A stretch of DNA of 64,000 nt from Antedon mediterranea (GCF_964355755.1 NC_092674.1:558001-622000), one strand, 5' to 3'. Positions 1 through 31,860 are shown, counted from the stretch's first letter. Translations and numbers: made by a program. The notes: generated from the sequence alone by a model not told the origin.

Positions 1-356
1 ATTTAACACACACTTACAGGTTACCTATTTTAGATTCTGTTGTGAAATAAAAGTTTATTGAAAAAATATATATTATATATATATATAAATATATATAAAA
101 ATCCATATAAAAATAGTTGTTTTGAACAAAACTAGCACAATTACAAACAATTAAAATATATTATGACAATGTGTAATAAAGATGAGATTTGCAATGGAAA
201 AAGTCAATACAATGGTAAGACTCGAAAAAAACAACAATTTTTACAAAAACTTCATAAAAAACATTCATAAACAAAGTTCCTGATGATAGAAAACAAAAGG
301 TTTATCCAAACTTAAATAAGCTTCTCTACTGAAAGTGATAACAAAATTAAACATAC

Positions 357-3300
357 CCCTAAATAATAACTGGGAACATCACGTAAGTATTGCTCAAAAC
401 TCGTTCTCCATTTTATTGTAGGTTTTAGTTTGTGCACTTTAATGAGGTCATCTGTTAAACAAAACAAGAAAACTTGTATAAATAATGTATTAGTGGTTTA
501 TTTTTGATGAATTTACATCTTAAACCTTGTCTAGACTATCTAACCAGTTTGACAAAAGAAGTGTGATGTGCCCACATATGGGGTAGTGACATCATGCCCA
601 TTATATGGGCAAATCACATATTTTGTTGTGTTTTAGTTTGACAGGAAAGTTGAAAATAATTCAAATTCAGATTTATTTGTCCTTTTGAATTATTACTCCA
701 TGGTTTGATAGTGTAGTCAGAGCTTAAGCAACATATTAAGATTGTATCTTACCAAGTAGAGGGAGTGCGACAGGATAATTGTAAGGCATAATAAACAGGT
801 TTACATGAGCTAAGTTAGTACTTGCTTTCAGATATCCAAACGGATGACCTAGGTCACTGTTTTTTCCACTGCTGGATATAAATACCTAGAAAAAAAAATC
901 TTTTGTTATACATGACAATGACAATGTCTTTATTTTCTTTGTACATATTCGTATACATTTAATTCTTTTGGTTTGGTTTACTATTCCTCCATGAACAATT
1001 ATTTCTAAAAACAACCACCAAAATTAAAATACTGGTCTACAATGTCATAACTTAATTTTTTTAACCCAGTTTAAAGCAAGAATTAACTGAAACTGAATTC
1101 CAAAAACATATTACCTGCCAACAAATATTGTGATTTCTACGTTCTAATATGTTCTGGGTCAAAGGTGAAGGTTCAAGCTCATATTTATCAAATGGTACAT
1201 TGTCAACAACCATTGGGTCACAACTTGCACATGAGAACTTCACTGCAGGATGTGAATCCCTAGGTGGCTGGAAAAACAATTATTACAAATATTACAATTT
1301 TATAAATAAACAACTCGAGAGAAGTGTGAATGGCTGCATAAAAATGCAACAACTTGCTTATAATATTCAGTTTAAAATACTACATATTAAACTTTAAAGT
1401 TGCTTTTTTTAATGACTCATTAAACGTAATTACTTTTTCAGTGCTTGCAAACATTTCTAAAGCTATGAGTTATTGAATGTCTTGAAACTTACAAGCATTG
1501 GTGAGTTGATGTCTGGCCAAAATGATTCAGGAACTGGCCAATGACCAGATGGAAATCCAGTCTTAGGATTTGGCCGAACGTAAATCATACGATGACAGTT
1601 GTGCCAGGAACTATCTGGAATCGGTGATGGGACGCCTAAACGAGTGTTTCCGGGCGGAGTTTTGATATTTAAAGATGCTATCTCACTGCTTCCATCTTCT
1701 TCACCTGCTTCAAGGAAAATTATTTTAGTTATATCAAAATCATATTTCTTCATGTTTTATGAACTTGTAGATATTTAAAATTCATAAATAATTTTTGTTT
1801 TAAAAAAAAGCGAGGGTGTGATTTCAATTTAAAGTCTTAAGTGATGCTTATGTCATTAGAGGCAAGTTAGACACTAACAATTACCATGTGTTATCAATGT
1901 CATTTCAAATCAAATAACTCAACTAACAGCCATGAAAATTAGATGAAAAAGGAAGGAAACTATTATATCAGGGTTACAAACGGATTAATGCATTGTCGAT
2001 TTGAGAGAAACACACAACATTTTCAGCCAATAACCAATTAAACATTATATTGAGTATAATGTGGTCAAAAACAAAGAATTATTATTTGGCAGGTTTGGTT
2101 TATTTCTATTACTGCTGTTAAAAGGTGTTTCTGTCTATTTAGATTCTTGGTATCACGACACACAAATAATTATCAGTAATTCATAATACTGTCTTTACAA
2201 TCTAAAGCCCTGTCTACGCTATCAAACTTTATGGTTAAAAAAAAGTGATGTGCCCATATGTGGACATAATGTCATATCACTACTATATTTGGGCACATCA
2301 CACTTTTTTGTCACATAAAGTTTGATAGTGTAGACAGAGCTTAATAAAAAGAGTCACATAAAGTTTGATAGTATAGACAGAGCTTGATAAAAAGAGTCAC
2401 ATAAAGTTTGATAGTGTAGACAGAAATTAAGTTGGATAGTGTAGACAGACATTAAGTTGGATAGTGTAGACAGAAATTAAGTTTGATAGTGTAGACAGAC
2501 ATAAAGTTTGATAGTGTAGACAGACATTAAGTTTGATAGTGTAGACAGACATTAAGTTTGATAGTGTAGACAGACATTAAGTTTGATAGTGTGGACAGAC
2601 ATAAAGTTTGATAGTGTAGACAGACATAAAGTTTGATAGTGTAGACAGACATTAAGTTTGATAGTGTAGACAGACATTAAGTTTGATAGTGTAGACAGAC
2701 ATTAAGTTTGATAGTGTAGACAGACATTAAGTTTGATAGTGTAGACAGACATTAAGTTTGATAGTGTAGACAGACATTAAGTTTGATAGTGTGGACAGAC
2801 ATTAAATTTGATAGTGTAGACAGACATTAAGTTTGATAGTGTAGACAGACATTAAGTTCGATAGTGTAGACAGACATTAAGTTTGATAGTGTAGACAGAC
2901 ATTAAGTTTGATAGTGTAGACAGACATTAAGTTTGATAGTGTAGACAGACATTAAGTTTGATAGTGTGGACAGACATTAAGTTTGATAGTGTGGACAGAC
3001 ATTAAGTTTGATAGTGTGGACAGACATTAAGTTTGATAGTGTGGACAGACATTAAGTTTGATAGAGTAGACAGACATTAAGTTTGATAGTGTAGACAGAC
3101 ATTAAGTTTGATAGTGTAGACAGACATTAAGTTTGATAGTGTAAACAGACATAAAGTTTGATAGTGTAGACAGAGCTTAATAAAAAGAATTTAGAATATA
3201 TTCTATTCTGTATGTATTCAAATGAAAGAGAATTAAGAGAGAAAGAATAAAACTACAAAATTGTAATATTTTTTTTTTGTATTTTGGCAGAATATAGATT

Positions 3301-6300
3301 CTTTTTTAAATAGAGAATTTTTGTTTTATAATATATAAATATATATGATATGTAAATCAATTGTGTTGCGTAGCACTGTGTAAATTATATAAATCATACT
3401 GTCAAATTATAGAAACAGTGCTCATATTCGGAACATAATCCTATAATCACGTTTTTGACAGTATGATTTATATATGATATGGCAGTTTTCAAATCAAACT
3501 TCTATTAATTTTTAAATGGACAAATATTAAGATACTATGACTATAAAGTAAAAACTGAGAAATAGTTGTACGGGAAAAGTATATACACACCTTCCTTTTT
3601 TACTTCTGGTTTGCTCTCTTGTTTTACTCCATTTACTGGATTGCCATCCACAGATAACGTCTGTGGCGACTTCGTTGTTGAATTATTATTACTAGTTATT
3701 GCAGTTGCTTTATAAGCTAAAAATATAAACAGATAATGTAATGTAAATAAAACAGTTACTGTAAATGAAATAACAAATATGCTACTATCTACAGTACCTA
3801 TATAACACAATAGGGTTAGTCTAGAACTACTATCTTCTTGTGGTCATTTCCTGCCTTTAATTAAGTCTTTTTATACCATTCAAAATTTAAAATATATAAA
3901 TAAAAAGCTGAAAAACTAACATTGAACTTAGTTTTAATATTGGACAGCTTTTTCGCTTCACTTAAGGTATTATGTTTTGGCTGGCGAGAATTAAATAAAC
4001 ACTAAGATTAAATTACTGGTGTCCACCCCAAGCCCCAACACCCCTGTGTATCATGGTTCATTACTGGTGTCCACCCCAAGCCCCAACACCCCTTTGTATC
4101 ATGGTTCATTACTGGTGTCCACCCCAAGCCCCAACACCCCTGTGTATCATGGTTCATTACTGGTGTCCACCCCAAGCCCCAACACCCCTGTGTATCATGG
4201 TTCATTACTGGTGTCCACCCCAAGCCTTAACACCCCTGTGTATCATGGTTCATTACTGGTGTCCACCCCAAGCCCCAACACCCCTTTGTATCATGGTTCA
4301 TTACTGGTGTCCACCCCAAGCCCCAACACCCCTGTGTATCATGGTTCATTACTGGTGTCCACCCCAAGCCCCAACACCCCTGTGTATCATGGTTCATTAC
4401 TGGTGTCCACCCCAAGCCCCAACACCCCTTTGTATCATGGTTCATTACTGGTGTCCACCCCAAGCCCCAACACCCCTGTGTATCATGGTTCATTACTGGT
4501 GTCCACCCCAAGCCCCAACACCCTTGTGTATCATGGTTCATTACTGGTGTCCACCCCAAGCCCCAACACCCCTGTGTATCATGGTTCATTACTGGTGTCC
4601 ACCCCAAGCCCCAACACCCCTGTGTATCATGGTTCATTACTGGTGTCCACCCCAAGCCCCAACACCCCTGTGTATCATGGTTCATTCTTTTGAAAAAAGA
4701 GTAGGAAAACACTAGCATTTACTCAAAAAAGTAAGTGTCTTACTTTCTTGAACTATTGGAAGAGGATCCGGTCCAATTTTCTCAAAGTGTAAAACAACAC
4801 CACTCTGCATTTTCTGTGATAATGACTCTAAACATTGGTAGAGAGTTTTCATTGAGTTTACATTGTAGGAACGACCTGAAAGAAACAAGTTCAAAGAGCA
4901 TGCTCAAACAGTTGCCAGAACAAAGCAAACAGCAATCTGTAATAAGAAAATTATCAACTTCAGAAAATAGTGGGTAATACTTTGTTTCTACCAAATTTAA
5001 AATTGACACAGGATAAAACTTATTCCAAATATTGAGAGCAAAGCAAAGTTATCTTTATTGTGTTTTCACAAACAGGTATAAAAACAAAACTGGTTATAAA
5101 ACAGAATATCAATAAAAACCCTTTTATTTTTATCAGGAATCATGACTTCCCTCTCATTACTTGGCGTATATTTGAACTTTTATAATTAATTATTTAAGAA
5201 TATCTTTTATAATTTGTTTATTTAAACATAATCAGTGCATCTATTGCTCAATTATTTCTCAAAATTATGATGGAATTTTACTCATCTTTTTTTTAGTAAA
5301 TATGTCTGGTTTTTCAGAAAGTCTGGTATTCGGAATGTGTTTGTAATGGTAAAAAGGAATTTGGGACCTTTCGATCCTCAAGAAAAGTCTGGTATTGGGA
5401 GAGTTTCTGGTTTTCAGCGAGTCCAGTATTTGAAGATTTCACTGTAATAATGAAATAGGTTTTTCTTTACTCACCCCCAGTTACCTCACACATGGATGTT
5501 ATTGGTGAGTTGTCAACAAGAACCATAGAACCTCCCGGTCTCTCTAACTCCGGCTTCTCTACACCTGGTATACGAAGGACTAGAGCAAATAAACGTTGAT
5601 CCCATCGAAATGGTTCCTTAGTTAAATCACCACCAGGAATGGAATAACTCATTGGCAGTTGAAGCTAACAAGAATAAATTTATTTTATTTTTAAAACAAA
5701 AAACAACAGCAGAAACAAATCCACCACTTTCAGACAGTTAGAACACCTCAAAAACACATAAACTACGACGAAACAGAGGAAGACTGGAATTAAAAATGTT
5801 GAAACTTAATCTACAAATGTAACCATTTTAAAGTACATTGACGCTAATAAAATGTGAATTGTTAATATTGCATGTTGTTTGGTATGTTACCAGACCTAAT
5901 AAATAAATAGATATACATATATAATGCACATAAGTTCTCTCTCAGGCAATGACGGCCTGATGTTCTCAATTGAGAACGGCAAAATAAACAAGAAGGACAA
6001 GAACTTCTGAAGTTAAGATGTTGATTACTTAATGTCAGTATTCTCATACCTCTTCATGTACACCAGTAGTTGAAGTGAGAGAACTCCCATCAGTTATTGC
6101 AATAATCATGGCTGGTTCCAAGTAGAAAGGATTGCGTCCCTAAAACAATAAATTTAAAATGTCATTTTCACTATTGGATTGGTTTTTTTTATATTATATT
6201 TCTGCAATGTAAGTGAATATTCCTAAATAAACTCTTAATGTCTGTCTACACTATCAAACTTTATGTGACAAAAAAATGTTATGTGCTCATATATGGACAT

Positions 6301-7713
6301 GATGATGTCATATCACTACTATATTTGGACATATTACTACTATATTTGGACATATCACTAATATATTTGGACATATCACTACCATATTTGGGCACACTTT
6401 TTTGATAGTGTAGACAAAGCTTAAGGATCTTAGGATAAGTACATACAAGTAAATGCATTAAGTATAGAACTTGAAACTTACCAAACCAAAGTTGTCGATA
6501 CCGGTGTACAACCTGTTGACATTCAATAGGTCAAAGGTCTTACGAAGGGCAAGACCAACACTCGACAAACTGGTAGCTTCAAGATTTTTTAGCTCTGTCA
6601 TGAAGGTTGCATGGTTATCTTTCCATCCAGCCTAAAAAAATAATTTTTTTTAATCATCTGAACATCATCAATAACTTAAATATATAACGATTTCTTAAAC
6701 CATTTTTATATACAAATTAAAAAAATTTAAAATCATAGTTTTTTACGTCTTGGATTATTTATTTACAATTTCTTCGTTCAATTTGTTTTTCCATGTTCTG
6801 GAGCACAATGAAATTAAGTATTTTACTTTTTGGGATATCCTTTTTAACTTTACTGTTGTACTGATTTTATAATTGTTTTATATGTTTATAATTGTATGTA
6901 TCTGTGTGTAAATCAATCAATGTTGGTTTTGAGTGGTGGGTGGAAGATTGACTGATAAAACTAAACATAAAATTTCATAATTAATTCATTGAGAAATAAT
7001 TGTATTGAAATTATGAAAGGCTCAACATGCTTCCTTATTTACTACAGAGCCGCATGAATAAATAAAAACAATTAACAAAACATACAGTACGCCACCAACA
7101 TTTGGTGGACTCAGTGCGTATAAAATTTGCATATGAATGAGGGTATCCCATCAGACGTTGCTGCAACCTAAACTGAGGAAGCACTCTACGTCAAAAACTC
7201 TTTAATTTTTGGAAAATGTAACGATTTCTTTGTTGGTGTAGGAGAATTTCAGTGTACAACATACATTTGAGATGCTCTGCAAACAGGGAAACCGCCAGAT
7301 TTATAAAGAGAAATGCTATTAAAAACGAAATTGTGTGTCTTTGATTGTACCTTTATTGTGCCTGGTTCATCACAAGTGACGAGCATGTAGCGATCGCCTC
7401 TACTTGTTTGGTCGCGCATCCGAACCTAGGGATAATAATAAAAATGATTTTATATTTCACGAGAATTGGAATCACGTCAGTTCTTATAAACAAAACATAA
7501 GGGATGTCTCTTTTCAAAAATGTTATTCAATGGCCCGATTTAATGTATTATCGTCGGGTAGTCATCGAAAATGTATTTCTCGAAAATCCGACACCCCCAT
7601 ACCTTCATGAACGTTTCCACGGCCCCTTTCGCAATATCCAACATTGTAGTGCCCAAATGTGTCCGCTGATTCATAGAAGCACTGGTATCGATGAGAAAAA
7701 CTAACACCGGCAT
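357..7713 (-). CDS. INTS6: Integrator complex subunit 6 (vWA domain), 5' part; gene continues past the window start
   Basis: Phase-consistent GT/AG exons: 7603-7713, 7351-7425, 6482-6631, 6050-6139, 5475-5664, 4744-4875, 3591-3716, 1493-1704, 1115-1267, 753-885, 357-451. Translation MPVLVFLIDTSASMNQRTHLGTTMLDIAKGAVETFMK...RGDRYMLVT...GRNPFYLEP...KEPFRWDQRLFALVLR...GHWPVPESFWPD...PFDKYELEPSPLTQ matches my recollection of human INTS6/DDX26. Confidence 0.96.
524..724. mobile_element. PIF/Harbinger-like MITE family copy
   Basis: Degenerate TIR AGCTCTGTCTACACTATCAAAC...GTTTGATAGTGTAGACAGAGCT with TAA flanks and an internal TGTGATGTGCCC motif. Confidence 0.7.
2206..2341. mobile_element. PIF/Harbinger-like MITE, near-complete copy
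   Basis: About 22-bp TIRs with TAA on both sides (3-bp TWA target-site duplication typical of PIF/Harbinger). Confidence 0.8.
2355..3177. repeat. 25-bp tandem array (about 31 copies) derived from the MITE right TIR
   Basis: Unit ATTAAGTTTGATAGTGTAGACAGAC. The array ends in an intact GAGCT-TAA terminus. Confidence 0.95.
4012..4686. repeat. 48-bp minisatellite, 14 copies, INTS6 intron 6
   Basis: Unit TTACTGGTGTCCACCCCAAGCCCCAACACCCCTGTGTATCATGGTTCA. Confidence 0.97.
6239..6421. mobile_element. Harbinger-like MITE copy with internal 21-bp expansion
   Basis: Same TIRs as 2206-2341. The internal ATATCACTACTATATTTGGAC motif is repeated about 4 times. Confidence 0.75.
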
Positions 7714-7960
7714 CTTGAAGTTTGATAATTACAGCACGAATATATTGAATTTTGGGTCAAAATACGGCCTATAACGAATAAAATAAACCTAATTACAGTC
7801 CCCTTTTTTCACTTGCTGGCGAGCTTAACGCTGCCGTTTGAGCAGCAGCACGCCACATCGAAGGGTCATGTGATCTCCGCGCCATGATCTCCGTGATTGG
7901 TTGCCGACCTACCCATATTTGCATAATTGGTTTATTTGACGTCACATCCTCTAGAGCTAA
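7714..7960 (-). promoter_or_regulatory. Probable INTS6 promoter and 5' UTR
   Basis: Locally CpG-rich. Contains ATTGG (CCAAT) boxes, an ATTTGCAT octamer and TGACGTCA (CRE) just upstream of the ATG. Confidence 0.5.
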
Positions 7961-8607
7961 ACAAAAACTTATTTATATACTGTATGTACAGCGCGATATA
8001 AATAATTATAATTCCTGTATTAGATTTTTCTTTTGTTTTACTGTATAAACAGAACGTCATTTACCGGAAATTATTTCAATGCTAAATACTGAGGCTAGAT
8101 GACTACAAATATAATGTATAAAATTAGCTAGTTAAAATGATTTTAGAGACCTTCTGTTGTCTAAAATAATTTCGTTTTCTTATTTTTTATATAAAATTAT
8201 TAAAAGTAAAAACGGAAGTTAAGATTTGGTAAATTCCGCTTCATTGGCCTGGTGACATTGAGTGTGTGTTTATAGTATGCTTATTGTTAATTAAAAACGG
8301 GATATATTACTGCCGTCAATTATATCATTTTTTTAAATGTTTTAACAATTTATATTATGTTGTGCTTATTGTATTCTACAGTACTGTACTAAGGTTTGAT
8401 AATGCTTATACGGTATACCGACCTCTATATTTATGATTATCCCAACTCATAAGAAAGTTAAACCTCTGCTTTGAATAAGTTTTGACTTCCAAAGACCACT
8501 AAGGGAATTTGAAATTGCCATAAATAAAAATAATCTGAATTTGTATTGTAATTCAACTGGATTTTGACTTCATCACTCGCAGCACGATGTCTAGAAGACT
8601 TTGTCTA

Positions 8608-8737
8608 AGCTCTGTCTACACTATCAAACTTTGTGAAAAAAAAAATATGTGATGTGCCCATGGACATACTGTATCACTACCATATTTGTGCACATCACAT
8701 TTTCTTGTCAAACTAGTTTGATAGTGCAGACAGAGCT
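8608..8737. mobile_element. Harbinger-like MITE copy
   Basis: AGCTCTGTCTACACTATCAAAC...GTTTGATAGTGCAGACAGAGCT. Confidence 0.8.
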
Positions 8738-9279
8738 TCAGAATTGTTATACTACTAGGCCTACTAGGTTTCAGAAGTTCAAAGAAATAACACAGAGACA
8801 ACTTTAAATTTCAGTTATTTAATAAATTAAGTATAATTATTTACATGATTTTTGTACTACTGTATTTTGGTCTGTAAAAACATTTTAAAAACTGTAACCA
8901 ACAAAATGGAAACTATAAGTATGAAACAAGCACCATATAATATATATATATATATATATTCTAAAACAAACGGACACAAATTGTCATTTCTATTGACACA
9001 TTTTGATATAAAATTAAATAAATTTAATTATAAATACTGGTTTTAAGTACTTAATCTATGTCCTTTAGTCCTAAGGGTTGATAACAAGCTGATATTACTG
9101 ATTGTACACCAGACACATAAAATAATTTGATTGAGTTTAAGTAACGTTCATCCTTTTATTTAATATATTCTGACCTTTGACACTATAATTCGTCAACACG
9201 TCATGTCCGTGTGAAGTCACTATGTATACTATTAAGAAAGAGGATCTCTAACCACTTTTATTTATTTTAGTTGAAATAA

Positions 9280-9550
9280 AGGCATTGGAAGCAGCCACTA
9301 CACCATAGATGGTGCCCGTAGTTTTGAACCATATTTAATGAGGGTGATCCATCCAGCAATTGCTGATCATTAGGGACCCTCAGGGGTTCACAAGACAAAC
9401 AAATACACAATATGCTCTACATAAACAAAGTCTTATTACAAGTCTTTGGGAGTGGAGTTGTAATTTTGTCCTGACATGTGACGGGACTTGAACCCAGGAC
9501 CCTTGGAGTGGTAGCCAAGCATCATAACCACCAAGTCACAACTTCACTCC
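9280..9550 (-). mobile_element. tRNA-derived SINE candidate
   Basis: Minus-strand head GGAGTGAAGTTGTGACTTGGTGGTTATGATGC (A-box-like) and GGTTCAAGTCC (B box), followed by a non-tRNA body. No complete cloverleaf. Confidence 0.6.
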
Positions 9551-10160
9551 AAAGTAATCTATTTTAGGCTACACAAAAACATGGTTCAAAAAGCCATTAG
9601 TTTTATTAACAGAATACACGGTTCAAATAACAATTTGTTTTCTGAACAAGAACGTTCATGGTCACCTAAACGGAATGTCACTCACTGACTAGCTTTCTAC
9701 TTGATAAAGTAAATATTATTATATACCTTCTTTTATATACATCATAAAATATAACTTTACTACAAATATATATTCTATTACATTTTTCTGATTAAGTTGT
9801 TAATAATAATAAAATGTGGAAAATACATCCTTTCTGGGTAATACAAATACAGCAACTTGATATTTATGTTTTGTTATAAAATATTGCTGTTGTTTATTAG
9901 CCAGCTGCTTCCTTGCAACTTCAGGTCAAGTTGCAGCTGCTGCCTTACAACTTTAGGTCAAGTAGAAGCTGCTGCTGTTCTATGTGGCTGCTAAAAGCTC
10001 TAACAATTCTAATGTATATTTAACTCAGCTGCAACTATTGCAACTCACATAGACGTTTCAGGTGATTTATAAAGTATTTACAGCTGCAATAAAAACTGCA
10101 GATATTTATTACATAATCATTCAGAATCTGCAACTATACTCTGGTAGAAGCTGCTGATGT

Positions 10161-27716
<17,556 letters not shown>

Positions 27717-28582
27717 CTCAGTTTAACCACATAAAAAATAACTTTAGAATAACTGGAAGAATTAAAATTTGAACAATAAGCACAAATTAGTGAAAGAATT
27801 TGATTTTAAAAAAACATTGAATTCCAGTCCAGAGAAATTATGATATTGATAATGACATTAAAAAAATCATTAATTCTATTTTAGAGCATTTACCTGCCAA
27901 ATTAGTAGTAACTAGTATAAAGTAGTAAGTATAACCAAATTTATTTTTAACATTTAAAATATGTTTTGTGGAGCTATACAGGCAATCTGATGCCTAGTGA
28001 ATTGAATTAACAGTATTGTTACAATTATGTATCACATATCAAGTATAACATAACTAACTGGTTTTGCAGTTCAAAAAATGAATTACAAAAAAGGTAAATT
28101 GTTGATTTATCTATTCTTACTAAATATATTTTAAATGATACTACAGTACTACATATGCATAATAAGACCTTTTAATATTAAGTCAACGTTTATGTTCGTG
28201 AAATAAAAATTAAACATACAGTAGGCTATAGGACAAATAAACTTACCTGCGTACAGCATGTATAGAGTACCACCACTACAGTATCACACTTGATAATGAT
28301 GAAAACAGCACACACACTACAACTTTTATGATGAAATGGTTTACAACTTTTATGATGAAATGCTTTATGAGTGGCGACTTCTCACCTACATTTAAATGAT
28401 ATCTGATTGGTCATTAAAAAAGCATCAGAGGAATTTCCTTCAAAACAAGTCAAGCATGACATAGCCAATAAACCCAATTAAACTTTTAAACCTTGCTATG
28501 CAACATCTGATTTTTATACTATATACTAATAATATAGTATTTAATTCAGTGACATGCCGAGTTACATTACATACACAGTTAT

Positions 28583-28740
28583 CAGGGGCGGATCCAGGTT
28601 GGGGGGGGGGGGGAGGGGGCCTTAAATTTGTAAATTGTAATGCAAAAAAAAGGGCATCAAATTATAAGCTCAGCCCTTCATTTCACCATTCTTAAACCCT
28701 CCCCTCCCCCTTTTTATTTTTTATCCTGGATCCGCCACTA
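28583..28740. mobile_element. Non-autonomous DNA transposon with CAGGGGCGGATCCAGG TIR
   Basis: CAGGGGCGGATCCAGG...CCTGGATCCGCCACTA termini with imperfect GTTAT/GTCAT flanks. Confidence 0.65.
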
Positions 28741-31670
28741 GTCATGGTTATATATAACATAAGAGAAGCAGACATTAAAGTATAGTACTAAAGTAGTTTA
28801 CATTAAAAAAAACAAAAAAGAAGAAATAATATGCATTTAAAATATTAAATAAATTTTACCATTGACATTACTTAGAAGGTAACCTAGAAATAGCTATTGC
28901 AGAATTTCAAAAAGTAAAATTAATAAATTTAATGGTTTTTTTTATCAAACATTATTTTTAATTAATAGTTTAGTAATGAACTGAAATGAGGTTAAAAGAA
29001 ATGAGTAAGCGCATAATTTGAAATGTTGGCCAACAATTAATTTAATCTATAAACAAATACAAACAATTTCACCTTAAGTTATCAGATACCATTTGATATC
29101 TTTAAGATATCACCTGATATAAAACATATCCCAACGTCAGTAAGTAAGTAAGTTTATTCATAGAATGATATTGAGATTCAGGATTTAATTACATTTACAC
29201 TATAAAAAGCATATGTTTGCTAATATTGATAACATCTTGATAGAAACATCCCAGTATGTATGTGAGAGTTTACATTATAAAATAATCTGTTAGATTCATA
29301 ATTTATGCAAATTGTAATTGTCATTAGTCAAACAATATTGCCTTCACTTGCCAACATCTGTCTGATAAATGGTATTATAACACAGTATCATACTTGATAA
29401 AACTTAAGTAATATCTAAGCGAAAGGTTAGGTTGTATTTACTATGAAAGGTTAAACCAAACAAACGATAGAAATAGCATGTACAATGAACACTTATATAT
29501 GTAGGTGAAACGTTAATTTTTTTAATATAGGAAGTCATTGTGATGCCGTAAGTAACGATTATCTGATTACCAACAGGATACAATGAACATTTTAGAATAT
29601 TATGAAATGATGAATATGTTGCACTTGTTGTAGAAATCTTTAGGCCACGCATTACTAAATCTTATTTAAAAGCTAAGTATTTATTTTATAGTTTAATTTA
29701 TTTATTTTCATGACAAAAAAAAAGTGCCAATGAAGATAGAGGTTAATAACAGTTACCTCTACTAAAACAGCTCAATTCAATTTAAATAATAGTAGGGTCA
29801 GAAATACAGGTCAGGTGGAAAGACAAACTAGTCAAGAATAAATATTATGTTCAGATTTTATGATTTAGCAAATAATAAAAATATAAGATCTAAACAAGCA
29901 TTGGGATTTTTAAAATGAAATTGTCATATTGTACTGTTAACTATGCTTTTAATAAAGGTTTTGGAACCTGCGATACTATTGTTTAATCATGGCTTAATTG
30001 TCCATTGTTTAACGAAGAAGACCATAAGATTGATTTTTTTTTTAGATTCCGCACTTAAGTAAGAACTAAATGGTAAACATTAGCCAACGTTTCAATATTG
30101 TAATGTTTACTGTTAGTGACCCTTCACCTACATTTCACACACTTGTGATTTCTGATTGGTCATCGTTGACAATGACAAAGATAAATTGGTAAATAGCCAG
30201 AACTACTACAGCATAAAGATGAATACATCTATTGAAGTCAACTTTACAGTTCTATGAACACAAAAGCCTAGTTAACCTTTATATAATCCATTTATATAAG
30301 TTGTATTGTAAACTGGGTGAGAGGTAACAACAGCTCAATCTTTGGAAATATTTAGTCAGGGAGTAATGAAATTGATGTTACATCTGTCAACTCACTGCAC
30401 CTTACAATAAATTTTCATTTCAAGCACGTAATTTAGGACGGCCATATCTTTTAAAAATAAAATAATGACTATTTTTTTATTTTTCTGCATCTCATCATTT
30501 ATTTTATGAATATTTAGCCACTACCACCCCCTAATCTATAATGCTGGATTCACCCCTGCTTTTTTATTTATCCCTAAACCTAATATTTGCTTTCAAAGCA
30601 GAACAAGTCAACTATTGTGCTATTGAGTCAAGAAGACTTTTGAGGAAAATATTTTAGAAATAAAGGCAGATCATCTCTAGAATAATAAAAATTTCATTCA
30701 TTCATATTTATATAGTTTTTAATTTCAGTGTCAGTAGATCTATATTTAACAAACAATGCATATTATACAACGCTTAAAAAACATACTATTGTACTATAGG
30801 CTATCATCTGTCTATTAGTATAGGCTAGGATTATAATTGTGGAATCTTTTAATACATGCCGTTCGTTAACCAGCGTCAACCACATTCAGATTGATTGGTC
30901 AAAATTGCTAAACGAAAATCTTACCGTAACCAACAAAAGAATCCTGTTAAGAATAAGAGGCCCTAACCTTACTTCAAGACAAAAAACCAGAAAAAAAACC
31001 TTCCAAGCAGAGAGGATCGAACTTACAACAAAAAGTCTAAAGCCTAACCTTACCTCAAGACGATAGTAAGTAAAAACTAGAAAAAATATTAACAAAACAA
31101 AAATACGTTCCAAGCTGAGGATTGCACTTACAACAAAAAGTCTAAAGTAAAAGCCACCGTATTATTTCCAACCAACCGGTCAAACGAATGATTAACTTTG
31201 TTTGTATAATTAATGATGAATACTGCGAAAACGTATTAATTAATAATAATAATGCCACATTATAACCGAATGGAATGGACAAATTAGAACTCGGTTGATA
31301 TGGGGGATGGTTCTCAACTCGCAAATTGATGGAATTTCAATTTGAAAAACGATTTTGAAATAATCTAAAATTATGAATTACAGAATTAACCAAAATAAAG
31401 GAAAAGTTGGTACTCTTATCAGTATGGTACGTTAAAAATTAACCAGACACAATCACACTGACAAACCGCTAGGTCTAGGCCGTCGTATTGTATTGGACAA
31501 TCATCGTCCGTCAACAAAAAGGTGAAGACATCAGTCTCCGACGAGCTCCTCTTCGAATAGTTGTTATCCACATCACCAGTGAGAGATGTAGATGATAATA
31601 TTAAGGCCGGTTGAGACTTGCAATGCAACTATGAATCATATATATACTAGCTATATTTAATGTATCTTAC

Positions 31671-31860
31671 CTTTCGTTACTTATTTATATTTAACAGATG
31701 ATACAATACAAACAAACACGATCCTTCAGTTTGTTTGTCCTTTCTGCACTGCCAGTCCAGTCCAGTTGTACAGTGTGTCCTAAAATCACGTGTTGTAAAG
31801 AATCAGTCAGGCGTATCAAGACTGTGACGTCACGCCAGCGAGCGCTTAAAAATTAGTGGG
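31671..31860 (-). promoter_or_regulatory. Candidate non-coding first exon and promoter of ABCC5
   Basis: Strong donor AAG|GTAAGA at 31670. CACGTG and TGACGTCA elements lie upstream in a CpG-richer patch. The first coding exon has its own acceptor at 27753-27754. A second candidate UTR-exon donor, CAG|GTAAGT, is at 28246. Confidence 0.45.

Noticed and set aside
4008-4718. Long repetitive ORFs on both strands (STPSPNTPVYHG..., GCWGLGWTP...)
   Set aside because: By-product of a 48-bp (16-codon) intronic minisatellite. The INTS6 exons splice around it in phase.
9470-9550. tRNA gene
   Set aside because: A and B boxes only, with no consistent cloverleaf; treated as a SINE head. The same applies to about 17116-17175 and 60608-60670.
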